Below are positions 13,150 to 25,245 of a DNA stretch of 44,008 nt, piece by piece (within the stretch, counting starts at the first letter, position 1; each line of letters begins with the position of its first letter). The position numbers were made by a program, and so were the translations under genes. The notes under the pieces were generated by a model that searched no databases, was not told where the DNA came from, and worked only from the letters and a program-made list of their open reading frames with translations. The DNA comes from Octopus sinensis (Eukaryota): the NCBI RefSeq assembly GCF_006345805.1, contig NW_021835208.1, forward strand, positions 1 through 44,008, written 5' to 3'.

Positions 13150-14848
13150 GGGTTGAGGGGAAGTAACCAACAAAATCAAGCTGCAAGTGCAAGGTGAGGT
13201 CATTCCATAGATTGAGGAAAATCCAGTTAAATGCCTTAGAAAGATGTTTGACAAGCCGCTCTCAGACAGAAGCAACGTAACCATTATTGTGAAGCAAGCA
13301 GAGGAGTGGCTGAGGGGGATTGATAGATCAGAGCTTCCAGGAAAATACAGGGTATGGTTCTACCAATACAGACTGCTTCCAAGACTTGAATGGTTATTGA
13401 CGCTGTATGATATACCAATGACAAGTATGGAAAGAGTGGAGAGGAAGAGAAATAAATACCTCTGAAGGTGGCTAGGTGTTTACACAAGCTTCACTTCAAT
13501 AGATCTGTACATAAGATCTGGAAAGTTACAACTTCACCTGTCCACCATAGTGGAGTAATTTAAAGTAACAAAATGCAATTTTGTAATGATGTACAGGGAC
13601 TCGAAGGACGAGCTTGTAGGACATGCAGGTATAACAACAAAGTCTAGGCAAAAGTGGGTAACTAGCACCGCAGTCACTCAGGCTGAAGGTATGCTGGAAC
13701 TACGCGACATCTCTGGGGTTACACGCAGGGGTTGCACTTCCTATTTCCAACAATGGAAAAAGGCAGACATCAGGGAGAGGAAAGCCATGATCCAGGAAGC
13801 AGTGCGGTAGCAAGAGGAAGAAACAAAATGAAGAGCTGTGGAGCTGGTATCTCAGGATGCAAGGACTAATCGAGACCTCCCTAACAGAAAGGCCACATAG
13901 ACTGACCTGTGGAGAATGGAACCTTTATGCATCTCCTTCCTGCTGTGAGTGGTGTATGTCACACTCCCTATACCAACAAACCTACACAGATGGAATTTGA
14001 GGGAAGACCAGCTGCGTAGACTTTGTGGAAAAGGGATACTCTGGCACACATCTTGTCAGGGTGCAGAATAGCACTTTCTTAAGGCAGATATAAATGACGT
14101 CATGATAGGGTGCTTGCAATTCTTGCTCACACTCTGGAGCAGGAAAGGCGCATGAAACATCATCACCAGAGAAGGCAACAGCAGCAATTAAGTTCGTGAA
14201 AGAGAGAGAGAGAGGCCAGTAAAATCAGCAAAAATAATACATAAATTGCTGCATGGATCTCAACCATGGGATATGAAAGTGGACCTAGGGGAGAGACTGC
14301 GGTTTACCCAGATCGTCCATATAGCCCCGAGGCCAGATGTGATCCAGTAGTCTGAAAACACCAAAAGCATTTTCTTAATTGACTCACACATCCATGGAAA
14401 GTGGGATGGGATGAGGCCCATGAATGGAAGCGTGCCAAATATGCGATCCTTCCGCAGGATTGCAAGAAGAAGCGATGGCAGATATGGCTTTTCCGAGTCG
14501 AAGCTGGCTGTGGGGGATTCCTTGCTCAGTCGGCATGGAGGACGTTTATAAACACTGAAATGAGAGGAAAGGAGCGAAGAGTGGATGTGTGAAGGATCGG
14601 AGAGACAGCTGAAAGAGTCTCTTGTTGGCTTTGTAGCAAGAGAGAGGAGTTACGATGCAAACCAGGAGGAGATGAGGAGCAGTGACTTGGTCACCTCTGC
14701 TGGTCCACCATTGAACGTTGGGAACCGTCTGATGACATTAGTTCCTCCTGGCCAAGGCTCCATTCACATCGGCGAATGAAAAAAGCACCTCCATATGGGT
14801 TTTATTAGCATATGTGTGTGTGTGTATAAGTGTATATACAAACATAGT
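13150..14848 (+). mobile_element. 5'-truncated, decayed RLE-type non-LTR retrotransposon (HERO-like): RT C-terminus/thumb, CCHC knuckle, restriction-like endonuclease
   Basis: Read through stops and frameshifts: [102 protein letters not shown]. Motif order matches HERO-clade ORFs as I recall them. Confidence 0.88.
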
Positions 14849-14930
14849 TACATACATGCATACATACATACATACATACATACATACATACATACATACA
14901 TACATACATACATACATACATACATACATG
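14849..14930. repeat. (CATA)n microsatellite
   Basis: Directly visible. Confidence 0.95.
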
Positions 14931-15138
14931 TATATAAATATATGTATGAATATGTATATATACATATACACACATATTTACATGCTATTGTTTATAGCTT
15001 TATATGTACTTCGAGAACCAATTCTAAAATACAAGAATTATTCCACTTTCTCTTGAAACTCTCCACCATTGAGTCACTCTGTAAATCCCGCCAGATATTA
15101 ATAAAAACAAATACAGATTCAAGTATATATATATATAA

Positions 15139-15187
<49 letters not shown>

Positions 15188-15195
15188 AAGTCGAA

Positions 15196-15585
15196 AATGA
15201 GGGTGAGAAATTAGATATTAATTTAATTAACATCGATTTCACACCAGTGGTCTAGCATATAAAAAAACTGAAGGTTCAGTAAAATTGTATTATATACATA
15301 TTAGAGGAAAAACAGCGGATCTATTTCTAGCATGAGGGTGTCCACATAGTGGTTTCCCTCTAATATGTATATATATACATATATACAAAATTTAGAGGAT
15401 TGACCACTAAAAGTGGACAGTCTGAATACTAGAAATAGACGTCAAAGTCGCTGTATACAGGCTGTCCACTTTTAGTGGTCAATCCTCTAAATTTTGTATG
15501 TAAAAAATTGTTAATCTTCGATTTTTTTAGATATGCTAGGCCACTGGTTTTAATTGATTAATATCAATTTCTACCCTTATTTAAT
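15196..15585. repeat. Fold-back element with nested inverted repeats
   Basis: Perfect 38-bp IR at 15383-15420 / 15462-15499; degenerate outer IR at about 15196-15308 / 15484-15585; both outer ends abut (TA)n. Confidence 0.85.
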
Positions 15586-15589
15586 TTTA

Positions 15590-15618
15590 TATATATATAT
15601 ATATATATTGTACATGTA

Positions 15619-15662
<44 letters not shown>

Positions 15663-15860
15663 TTCTCTCTCTCTCTCTCTCTTTTCTCTCTCTCTCTCTC
15701 TCTTTCTCTCTCTATATATATGTGTGTCTGTGTATGAGTGTGTATGTGTGTTTATGTGTGTGTGACTGTGTGTATACATACATACATACATACATACATA
15801 CATACATACATACATACATACATACATACATACGTACATACATACACACATACATACATA
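15590..15860. repeat. Compound (TA)/(CT)/(GT)/(CATA) microsatellite
   Basis: Directly visible. Confidence 0.95.
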
Positions 15861-16424
15861 CAGTTACAAATACATAAATTATATGTTTATAAGTGTTTGT
15901 GTCGGTTCTGCTAGAATACACCCTTACGTCAAGATCAGTCTTTATGTGTTATACAGAAAATAAGCAAACAAAAAATTGCTTTTCCGACAACCTCTAATAT
16001 ACATTAATTTAAGAATAAAACACATCGCCTTTTATTTATTTTCATTGAGTACAAACTGTTAAAGCCACAACTATTTATTATGACATATTGTAACACCTTT
16101 ATTGTTTGTCTACGCGAATGTAATACTTTCAAATGATCACCACCCGTTTGTATGTTGGTGATGTTATTCGAACATCCGAGATGTCTGGAGGGTGTCTTTT
16201 GGGGTTACCATGCAGTCTTGGAAGGTGTCGAGGCGTTGTCTTGTATTTGTTTCATTGTTTTATAACGTTTTTAACTTATTTTATACATGCATTCATGCAT
16301 CACTGTATCTAATTACAAATATCTCCCCTCGGTATATATATGTGTGTGTTCGTGTGTGTGTGTGTGTATGTGTGTGTGTATGTGTATACACATACGTAAA
16401 TATATATATATATATATATAAAAT

Positions 16425-16540
16425 TTAATAAAGGTAGAAATTGATATTAATCAATTAAAACCAGTGGCCTAGCATATTAAAAAAATCCGAAGATTAAAAT
16501 ATTTTTACATACAATGTTTAAAGGACTGACCACTAAACTT
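16425..16540. repeat. Third arm of the 15196-15585 fold-back family
   Basis: ggtagaaattgatattaatcaattaaaaccagtggcctagcatat...gactgaccactaaa is the reverse complement of about 15470-15585; flanked by (TA)n. Confidence 0.85.
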
Positions 16541-16546
16541 TGTATG

Positions 16547-16587
<41 letters not shown>

Positions 16588-16668
16588 CAAAGTGGAGTTG
16601 TAAGGTACCGCACGAGAGGAGTTATATATGAAAGAAGGTTTGAAAATGCAATTTTAAAAGATGTTTAT

Positions 16669-16713
16669 TTACTTTGCCGGTTTCACTTTTTGGAAAAAGA
16701 TTGTCAAAAGTAA
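16669..16713 (-). ncRNA. Minimal type I hammerhead-ribozyme-like motif, U3-A8 core variant (probably a mutated copy)
   Basis: Minus strand: UUACUU-UUGACAA-U-CUUUUUCCAAAAAG-U-GAAA-CCGG-C-A-AAGUAA. Stem I is a perfect 6 bp; stem III would be the palindrome ACCGGU except for U16.1 to C. Confidence 0.5.
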
Positions 16714-16729
16714 CATTTAATTATTGGTT

Positions 16730-17005
16730 GTCACAAAATGCTACAATACATATATACAGTCTTTGGTAACAAGAACATGTTAAGAACATAAAAAAGTCTA
16801 ACAAGTTCATCAAAATATTGGGCACAAAAGCTTGGTTGTGCCAGGTACTAGTCGTCACAAAATATTACAATATACATATACATTCCTTAATAAGAACATG
16901 TTAAGAACAGCGTACAAGGGAAAATCTTGGGGAAATATAAATTCATTAAAATATTGGGCACAAAAGATTACAACATATATATACATTCTCAAGAAAATGT
17001 TAAAG
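16730..17005. repeat. Degenerate tandem repeat (about 2.5 units of 100-125 bp)
   Basis: gtcacaaaat...aagaacatgttaagaaca...aaaatattgggcacaaaag occurs twice (about 16730-16830 and 16854-16965) plus a partial third unit. Confidence 0.75.
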
Positions 17006-17224
17006 ATAGTTTCCAGAAGGAATTATTAAAAAGTTCAGTGAAATATTGGTATTGCTCGACCTTCACTAGTTGAGCATGTCCCATGTGCATCTCTGACCAC
17101 AAGCAGGAATAATAAGAGAGCACATAGCCATGTGCTGAGAGGAATTCTTTGAGGTTTGAATGATTCACCTCTGGAAAACATAGATGTTCTGTTCATCATC
17201 CTTAAAGTGGGATGTGCTACTCGA

Positions 17225-17490
17225 CTTGAAGAAAATTCTCACTGAGCACCACCTGCAAGGTCATGCATTGTGTATGTTGATATGAAATTACCTTGTCGCA
17301 CACATACGGTTGTGTGTGTTGCATGTGCCTGGAGTACCCTTATCAGACGCGGAATCATGTTAGGTATATTGGGCTTCGTACATATGTACCCCAATGTCAC
17401 TCTGTTGGCATTGCATTGCTCTCTCAATCAATAAGAAAGAAAAAAAGAAAGAAAGAAAGACAAAAGAAAGAAAGAATGGAAAAAGAAGGA
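17225..17490 (+). mobile_element. Probable retroposon 3' end running into an A-rich (GAAA)n tail
   Basis: Non-coding GC-richer block ending ctctctcaatcaataagaaag(aaag)n; resembles an octopus repeat from recall only. Confidence 0.35.
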
Positions 17491-17700
17491 AAGAAAGAAT
17501 AAAAACAAAGCCGTCGGGATCGTAAAACAAATTTCCGTTTCGAGTCTTTCACAACATGCAACGTCTCGATCTGAACATATATAAAAGTCTGTAGAATAAT
17601 GCAAATCTCATTTAATCGCAGATGGCAATTCAATAATTTAAGAAATCTCGTGAGCTACGTCTAACTTTAATTTCATGCATCTTCAACTGCATTTTGCATG

Positions 17701-18150
17701 AATCCCGGTAAAAAGTCACAGGTAAAAATGTCACAGGAAAAAAAAGTCACAGTAATAAATTCACAGGTAAGGCAGCGAGCTGGCAGAAACGTTAACACGC
17801 CGGGCGAAATGCGTAGCCGTATTTCGTCTGCCGTTACGTTGTGAGTTCAAATTCCGCCGAGGTCGACTTTGCCTTTCATCCTTTTGAGGTCGATTAAATA
17901 AGTACCAGTTACGCACTGGGGTCGATGTAATCGACTTAATCCGTTTGTCTGTCCTTGTTTGTCCCCTCTGTGTGTAGCCCCTTGTGGGCAGTAAAGAAAT
18001 AGGTAATAAATTCTCAGGAAAAAACGTCACAGGGGTTTTGCTCGGTGGTTGTTTTGTCAGAGGGGGTTTTGTCCTAGAGGTGTTTTGCCCTGATCCCATA
18101 AATTATTTTTTCGTGTGACTGTTTCTCCTAGCCAAAACCGTGACTTTATT
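17701..18150. mobile_element. MITE-like element with subterminal tandem aaaa(a)gtcaca motifs, interrupted by SINE A
   Basis: Forward gtcaca-type motifs at 17709-17770 and 18010-18031, reverse gtgact motifs at 18113-18146, and a ttttgtc(c) tandem motif at 18035-18095. Confidence 0.4.
17771..18004 (+). mobile_element. SINE family A, full length
   Basis: Family consensus; aggtaa on both sides (17765-17770, 18001-18006). Confidence 0.93.
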
Positions 18151-18262
18151 GCCTGTCGCTCATCTTTTGTATGCATATCCCTGCATAATTTACATTACTT
18201 TCATTTCTATTATGACCGTGCATCATGTATGCAGCTCACTACTGTAATATAACATAAAGCTA

Positions 18263-18680
18263 GGATCTTTTCGATTTGACCGGCAGTTTTTTAAAATAAT
18301 TTCCACATAACTAAACACTTTTAAACTTTGTACACTGGTAGAATGTGTTTATAAAACATCTTTTTCTTTTGGCTTTATTGAGAAAATTCTATAGTTTGTA
18401 AGATATTTGTTGTTTTTTTCATCAATTTCTGCAATTTCAACCAATCAATGACGTCTATTTTAGGTGAAAACATTCTGTACCGTATGAATATGTCCCTCGT
18501 TTAAGAAACAGATTGGGTTTATTTACATTTCTGAAGAAAAAAAAGATACCCTTCCCCCCACCCCTAACCCTAACCCTAAAACAGATTGAAATGCAATAGA
18601 TCGATACTAGGGTCATAATTATGGGTGACAATTTCATATGATATCGCTAGAAAAAACTGCCGGTCAAACCGAAAAGATCC
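18263..18680. mobile_element. TIR MITE, longer variant containing (CCCTAA)3
   Basis: ggatcttttcgatttgaccggcag...ctgccggtcaaaccgaaaagatcc, flanked by TA on both sides (and aagc outside these); first about 200 bp shared with 4040-4335. Confidence 0.88.
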
Positions 18681-19011
18681 TAAAGCTATATTGTGAAACG
18701 ATTTGTTATCTCGCAGTCGTAACTAACCTACCTATGAAAATGTGTACATATGCATCGTACAAAAAAACCATTTGGGTTTATCTACCAACCTTTTAGTGAA
18801 TTTCTGTACTTTTCAGGCCCACGCTTGTCTCATACCCCCTCTTCTCTCCTCCCTCTCTCCCTCTCTCTCTCTCTCACACACACACAACACAGATACAAAC
18901 ACAAACATACAAACACACAGAAACACACAGAGACACATAAACATACACACACACGCAACATACGTATATATATATGTATGTGTTCGTGTATATGGGTGTG
19001 TATATATATAT

Positions 19012-19052
<41 letters not shown>

Positions 19053-19142
19053 TAGATAGATAGATAGATACATACAAACATACATACATACATGCATACA
19101 TACATACATGAGTGTTTGTATGTATATCTGTGTGTATGCATA

Positions 19143-19377
19143 TTCTTTTATTTTTTACTTGCTTCAGTCATTTGACTACGGCCATGCTGGAGCACCGCTT
19201 TGAATGATTTTTTTTTTGTCAGCCTAGAACTTATTCTATCTTTTTTCGAACCGCTAAGTTACGAGGACGTAAACACACGAACATTGGTTGTCAAACGATG
19301 GCGGGGGACAAACACACACACACATACATGTGTTATTATATATATAATATATATATATTATATATATATATATATAA

Positions 19378-19422
<45 letters not shown>

Positions 19423-19795
19423 GTGTGTGTGTGCATCTATATATATACATATGTAGGTTGTGTGTGTGTGTTATAGGGCGGCGAGCTGGCAGAACCGTTA
19501 GCTGGCGAAATGCGTAGCCGTATTTCGTCTGCCGTTACGTTCTGAGTTCAAATTCCGCCGAGGTCGACTTTGCCTTTCATCCTTTCGGGGTCGATAAATT
19601 AAGTACCAGTTACGCACTGGAGTCGATGTAATCGACTTAATCCCTTTGTCTGTTCTTGTTTGTCCCCTCTGTGTTTAGCCCCTTGTGGGTAGTAAAGAGA
19701 TTGATATATACACACACACACACGCACACGACGGGCCTCTTTCAGTTCCCGTCTACCTAATCTACTCAAGGCTTTGGTCGGCCCGAGTTTATTGA
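19143..19795 (-). mobile_element. SINE family B (5'-truncated), split by a family A insertion
   Basis: 3' part cagtcatttgactacggccatgctggagcaccgc at 19165-19198; 5' part gacgggcctctttcagttcccgtctac...ggctttggtcggcccgag at 19730-19787. Confidence 0.85.
19477..19700 (+). mobile_element. SINE family A inserted in the central microsatellite of a SINE B
   Basis: Family consensus with a small deletion in the head. Confidence 0.92.
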
Positions 19796-20150
19796 AAAAA
19801 CTTATTATATACACACGCATATATATATTTGTATATATTTGTATATATACGTACACACACATATACATATAAATATATACATGCATGCAAACATACATGC
19901 GTACATACATGCATACACACATACATACGTACATTCGTACATATCTATTTATCTCCCTCCCTACCTGTCTACATACATACTTACGCACATACGTACATAC
20001 CTACCTAAATACTCATACACCTACATACATACATATAAACATATATACAACTACTCCGTCCAGATAGACGTATATGCGCTGCTAGAACCTCCTCCGTCTA
20101 AGCCAGAAAAAAGGCCCTTTCGTTTGTTTTCTTGTTTGTTTTCTTGTTTA

Positions 20151-20225
20151 TTTTTATTTCTCGTATTGTATTTTCTTTTTATTTCTCGTATTGTATTTTC
20201 TTTTTATTTCTCGTATTGTATTTTC
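20151..20225 (+). repeat. Perfect 3 x 25-bp tandem repeat
   Basis: tttttatttctcgtattgtattttc at 20151, 20176 and 20201. Confidence 0.95.
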
Positions 20226-20419
20226 TTGTACATGTATTTTATCTTGTATTTCATTTTGTAGTTTTATTTGTATCGTTTTTACGTCCTGTTTGTGTTACAT
20301 TTTTTTCTTGCTTGTTTTTAACCCTCTGCGAGGTAATTTTATTTTATTTTTCATCTCGCAGGCAGGATTAGTTTGGCGAGTCTGTCCTGTCTTGCCTTCG
20401 AAACACGCTGGGTCGAACT

Positions 20420-20670
20420 AGTGACAGCTGATGATAGGGGATTTTTCCTTTGTAGTATGTCCTGTAGTCTGTTTTTCTGTTGTATATGGTTTTTTCGTTT
20501 TCGTTTCTCTTGAGTTCTACGTCTGTCTCTTTTTTTCTGTTGTAAAAAATGGTTTTTCCATTTTCGTTTCTCGGTGAGTCTCTACGTCTAGCTGTGGTGT
20601 CCTGTACTCACGTATTTATATTTATATATGCATGTATATATACATGTAGATGTAGGTACGTACATATATG
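20420..20670 (+). repeat. Dispersed repeat family D (also about 33035-33170 and 33590-33780)
   Basis: Shared ctga(t/a)ga...ggg start, tttcgtttctc and gtcctgtactca motifs; two copies also share acatgtaga...ggtacgtacatatatg; copies end at (TA)n. Confidence 0.65.
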
Positions 20671-20700
20671 TTTGTATGTATGCATATATTTTATTTATTA

Positions 20701-20759
<59 letters not shown>

Positions 20760-20858
20760 AGAGAGAGAGAGGTGGAGAGAGATTCAGATGATATGGTACT
20801 TAAGTTAAAGGCATCAGAATTTTGCATGGTATTATCCATATAAATTAAATGGAGTGAT

Positions 20859-20974
20859 TATAATCAAAATAGCAACAAGGATTAAAAAATTAAACTGTAC
20901 AGTGTTTAATAAAATGAAGTAGCATGAAACAATTGTACCACTCTACCTTGGATATCCTTGTTGCTTATTTTGAT

Positions 20975-20978
<4 letters not shown>
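20859..20978. repeat. 24/25-bp inverted repeat enclosing a hammerhead-like motif
   Basis: tataatcaaaatagcaacaaggat (20859-20882) versus atccttgttgcttattttgattata (20954-20978), one indel; the right arm runs into (TA)n. Confidence 0.85.
20897..20946 (+). ncRNA. Degenerate minimal type I hammerhead-like motif (U3-A8, G5 to A)
   Basis: GUACAGUGU-UUAAUAA-A-AUG(AAGUAG)CAU-GAAA-CAAUUG-U-A-CCACUCUAC; palindromic stem III ACAAUUGU; stem I pairs 7/9. Confidence 0.4.
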
Positions 20979-21029
<51 letters not shown>

Positions 21030-21036
21030 ATATATT

Positions 21037-21260
21037 ACTCTTTTACTCTTTCACATGTTTCAGTCATTTGACTGCGGCCATGCTGGAGCACCGCCTTTAG
21101 TCGAGCAAATCGACCCCGGAACTTATTCTTTTGTAAGCCCAGTACTTCTTCTATCGGTCTCTTTTTGCCGAACCGCTAAGTGACTGGGACGTAAACACAC
21201 CAGCATCGGTTGTCAAGCAATGCTAGGGGGACAAACACAGACACACAAACACACACACAT

Positions 21261-21293
<33 letters not shown>

Positions 21294-21464
21294 CATACAT
21301 ACGACGGGCTTCTTTCAGTTTCTATCTACCAAATCCGCTCTCAAGGCATTGGTCGGCCCGGGGCTATAGCAGAAGACACTTGCCCAAGGTGCCACGCAGT
21401 GGGAATGAACTCGGAACCATGTGGTTGGTTAGCAAGCTACTTACCACACAGCCACTCCTGCGCC
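21037..21464 (-). mobile_element. SINE family B, full length
   Basis: Reverse complement of the family B consensus from tactcttttactc to cacagccactcctgcgcc. Confidence 0.93.
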
Positions 21465-21677
21465 TATATATGTATATATGTGTATATATATATGTGTGTG
21501 TGTGTATATATATATATATAATATATATATATATATAAATATACATCACTTATACTAATATTGTCACCTATGATTTTCCTATCTTCAAACGTCGGTGGAA
21601 TTTCGTCGTATTTTGTTGGGAGAGGGTATCTACGTTTAATATCCCACCCGTGAGTTTACAACAAAGCCACAGGCGGC

Positions 21678-21710
<33 letters not shown>

Positions 21711-21859
21711 AAAACATGCTCTAAGGGCGGACGTGTTTTGTGCGAGTTGTAAAGCGGGGTCCCATTGTCAATCTCGCCACATACACACTTTCCTCCCTTT
21801 TACCATCCCCCCACCTCTGTCCTCCAATTTTGTCACTCAGTCACTTTTTTCTTTTTCCT

Positions 21860-21947
21860 CTCTCTCTCTCTCCACCTCTTTCTCTTTCTGCATTTATCTA
21901 TCTCCCTCTGTGTGTCTCTCTTTCTGTCCCCCTCTCTTTATCTATCC

Positions 21948-21985
<38 letters not shown>

Positions 21986-22071
21986 TTATCTATCTAGCTA
22001 TTTAACAACATATCTATTTATCTATCTACTCTCTCTCTCTCTATCTATCTATATATCTATCTACCCTCTCG

Positions 22072-22125
<54 letters not shown>

Positions 22126-22500
22126 GATATATATATATATATATATCTATCTATCTGTCTGTCTGTCTGTCCTGTCTGTCTGTCTGTTATGTATGTATTT
22201 ATAATGTATGTATGTATGTATGTATGTATGTATGTCTTTCTCTGTTATGCACATACACACACCACACACTCTCCCTCTCTCTCTCTCTTTCTCTTTCCTC
22301 TCAGTCATTCGCTCTCTCCCTCTCACCCCTTCTCTGTCTGCCACTTGCTTTCTGTCTCCCTATTTCTCTATCTTAGTCGAATCTAGCTCATTTTCGTTTC
22401 TTCCTCTCTCTCTCTACCTTTCTCTCCCTCTTTGTCCCTCCCTCTCTCTCTCTTTCTCCCTCCTTCTTTTTCCCTTTCTCTCTCTTTCTCCCTTGGAATG
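21860..22500. repeat. Compound (CT)/(CTAT)/(TA)/(ATGT) microsatellite block
   Basis: Directly visible. Confidence 0.93.
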
Positions 22501-22921
22501 TGCTGATTCATTTCGCCCGTTTCGCTAACTATGATCATTATTCAGTTCTAATTTGATTGTGTTTGTATGTGTGTAAATGTCTGCTTGTGAATTTCTGCAA
22601 GTTCGTGTGTAGATGGATACGATTTGGTGATGCGTACTTCTGTCTATTTGCTTCTGTATATGCTTCTTACTGATATTTCTGCTGTTGTTGTTGTTGTTGT
22701 TGTGTGTGTATTGAGTGTAGGAAATACCGACTGGCTTTCATTTTACGTAAACTGATTAAAACTAAATATTATCATTGTTACTCGAACATATATATCTGTT
22801 GAATGTGAGCTTTTTCTTCTTTTTCTCCTCCCCACCCCCCACGCCAAAATTATAAAACTAGGAAAAGGAAAACACAAAGAACAAAAGTCAATTTAAAGAT
22901 AGACTGTGGAGGTTGCTTGCG

Positions 22922-23022
22922 AATAATAATAATGATAATAATAATAATAATATAATAATAATAATAATAAAATAATAATATAATGATGATGAATTGATGA
23001 TGATGATGATGATTATAATATA

Positions 23023-23068
<46 letters not shown>
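22922..23068. repeat. (TAA)n/(TGA)n microsatellite
   Basis: Directly visible. Confidence 0.95.
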
Positions 23069-23069
<1 letters not shown>

Positions 23070-23130
23070 GAGAGCTATTTTTTAATGGTAACATACAACG
23101 CATTTGTGTTTGTAATATATATCTATATAT

Positions 23131-23483
23131 ACTCTTTATTTTGTTTCAGTCATTTGACTGTGGCCATGCTGGAGCACCGACTTTAGTCGAGCAAATCGAC
23201 CCCAGAGCTTATTCTTTGTAAGCCTAGTACTTATTCTATCGGTTCTCTTTCGCCGAACTGCTAAGTTACGGGGACCAGCATCGGTTGTCAAGCGATGTTG
23301 TGGGGACAAACACAGACAAGCATATACACTCACATACATATACACACACACATATATATATATATATATATTATATATATACATATACAACGGGCTTCTT
23401 CCAGTTTCCGTCTACCAATCCACTCACAAGGCTTTGGTCGGCCCTGAGGCTATGTAGAAGACACTTGTCCAAGGTACCACACG
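23131..23483 (-). mobile_element. SINE family B, 5'-truncated
   Basis: Family consensus on the minus strand, ending at aaggtaccacacgc before (TA)n. Confidence 0.9.
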
Positions 23484-23484
23484 C

Positions 23485-23530
<46 letters not shown>

Positions 23531-24976
23531 ATATATATATACAAACACAGTTGTGCATACAAACATACATACATACATTATGTATGTACCTAGATACGTA
23601 CATAAATAAATACATGCATACATACATATATACATACATGCACGGATGCATGCAAACTTCCAATCCACAGGCGTAATGTATAGAGATGAGGAAAGAAAAC
23701 ATCCGTGTTAAGGAGGCGCTTTTCCCAAGCAGTGGCGTAACGAATAGAGGAGCAAGAGGAGCGGTTACTCCCCACGAGCACATTTTTCAAAATCGGCATC
23801 TTTTCAACAATTTTTTAAACTCCTTAATTCACTTTAATCGCATGGCCTTGGAAGAACTTTCTGGAGTCATTTATTTCTGCAACCTTCCTTGTTTTTGAAC
23901 TGTCGACTTCGTTTCCTGTGATGTGTTGGTGGGGTCTGACATCTGAGGAACCGTAACAAACCCTGATGTCATAACGACACTGGTCGATCCTTGAAGGGTT
24001 AATATAAAGATTGATTGCTGTTAAAGAAAACAAAACAAAAAACCAGCCTGCTGGGTGTTTAAAACTGTGTAGAAAACGAATATGAAAAAAACGTTTTCGC
24101 AAACGAACGTGGTGGAGTGCGGAAAGGACTTTCGGAAAATTCACAAGATCCGATTTTTCCCTCATAACTTTTAGGATATATATTGATGAAAGTTTATAGA
24201 AATACACTTCAAATAGCTCAAATTACGATTATAAAGACATTTCTTAGGAAACTTTTTTCGAAGGGGTGGGGAGAGGATTGTCGGAAAATTCACACGATTC
24301 GTTTATTGCCTCTCATAATTTTCAGGCAAATGGATATATATTGATGAAATTTTACAGAAACACCTTTCAAACAACATAAATTGCGATCATAAAGAAATTT
24401 GTGGGGAAAATGTTTTCCGAAGGGGTGGAGAGAGGACTGTCGGAAAGTTCACACGATCCGGGTTTTTTTTCCCAAATAACTTTCAGGATCTAGTTTAGCG
24501 CCCGGACACCAAAACGTTTTTTTTTTCTTCTTTTCTCTGAATTACTCCAATGAATTGACAGTAAGGTAATCGCTTCTATCAGAATCGTTTACCTTTAAAG
24601 CGAGAAAAACATCCAGACGTATACGACAGGCATGGAAAATATATTTCGTGTACCTCTTTCTCTGTTCATTCGAATAAGCTGTAGAAACTGTTGCACCCAC
24701 GCACACACAAACACAAAAATTCTCCAGACATTTAGCTGTTATTTTTAGCATGTCGAGTTTCGTGGTGAGGGCGTCACATGCTGTGATCCTTTTGCTCTTT
24801 CAGTATAAATCTACGCCTGCGGAAACGGACAAATCAGCCATTCCTTTTCGCTTTTAGACAGCGGAATGGGGTGGCCAGAGGGTGTTGATCAATTTTGAAG
24901 ATTTTCAGAGAAAATTTTGAATTAAAATGTTTATTTCACCCCATATTCTTAATCTCTGTATTTTTGCACGTAGATT

Positions 24977-25178
24977 CTCTTTTGACTGTGGTCATGCTGG
25001 AGCACCGCCTTCAGTCGAGCAAATCGAGCCCAGGACTTATTCTTTGTAAGCCTAGTACTTATTCTATTGGTCTCTTTTGCCGAACCTCTAGCTTACGGGG
25101 ACGTAAACACACCAGCATCGGTTGTCAAGCGATGTTAGGGAGACAAACACAGACACACAAGCATACACACACACACAA

Positions 25179-25245
<67 letters not shown>

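Noticed and set aside
14728-14760. ctgatgac in the HERO-like 3' UTR
   Set aside because: No downstream GAAA or stems.
23730-23790. cagtggcgtaac hAT-like left end
   Set aside because: No matching right TIR or TSD found.
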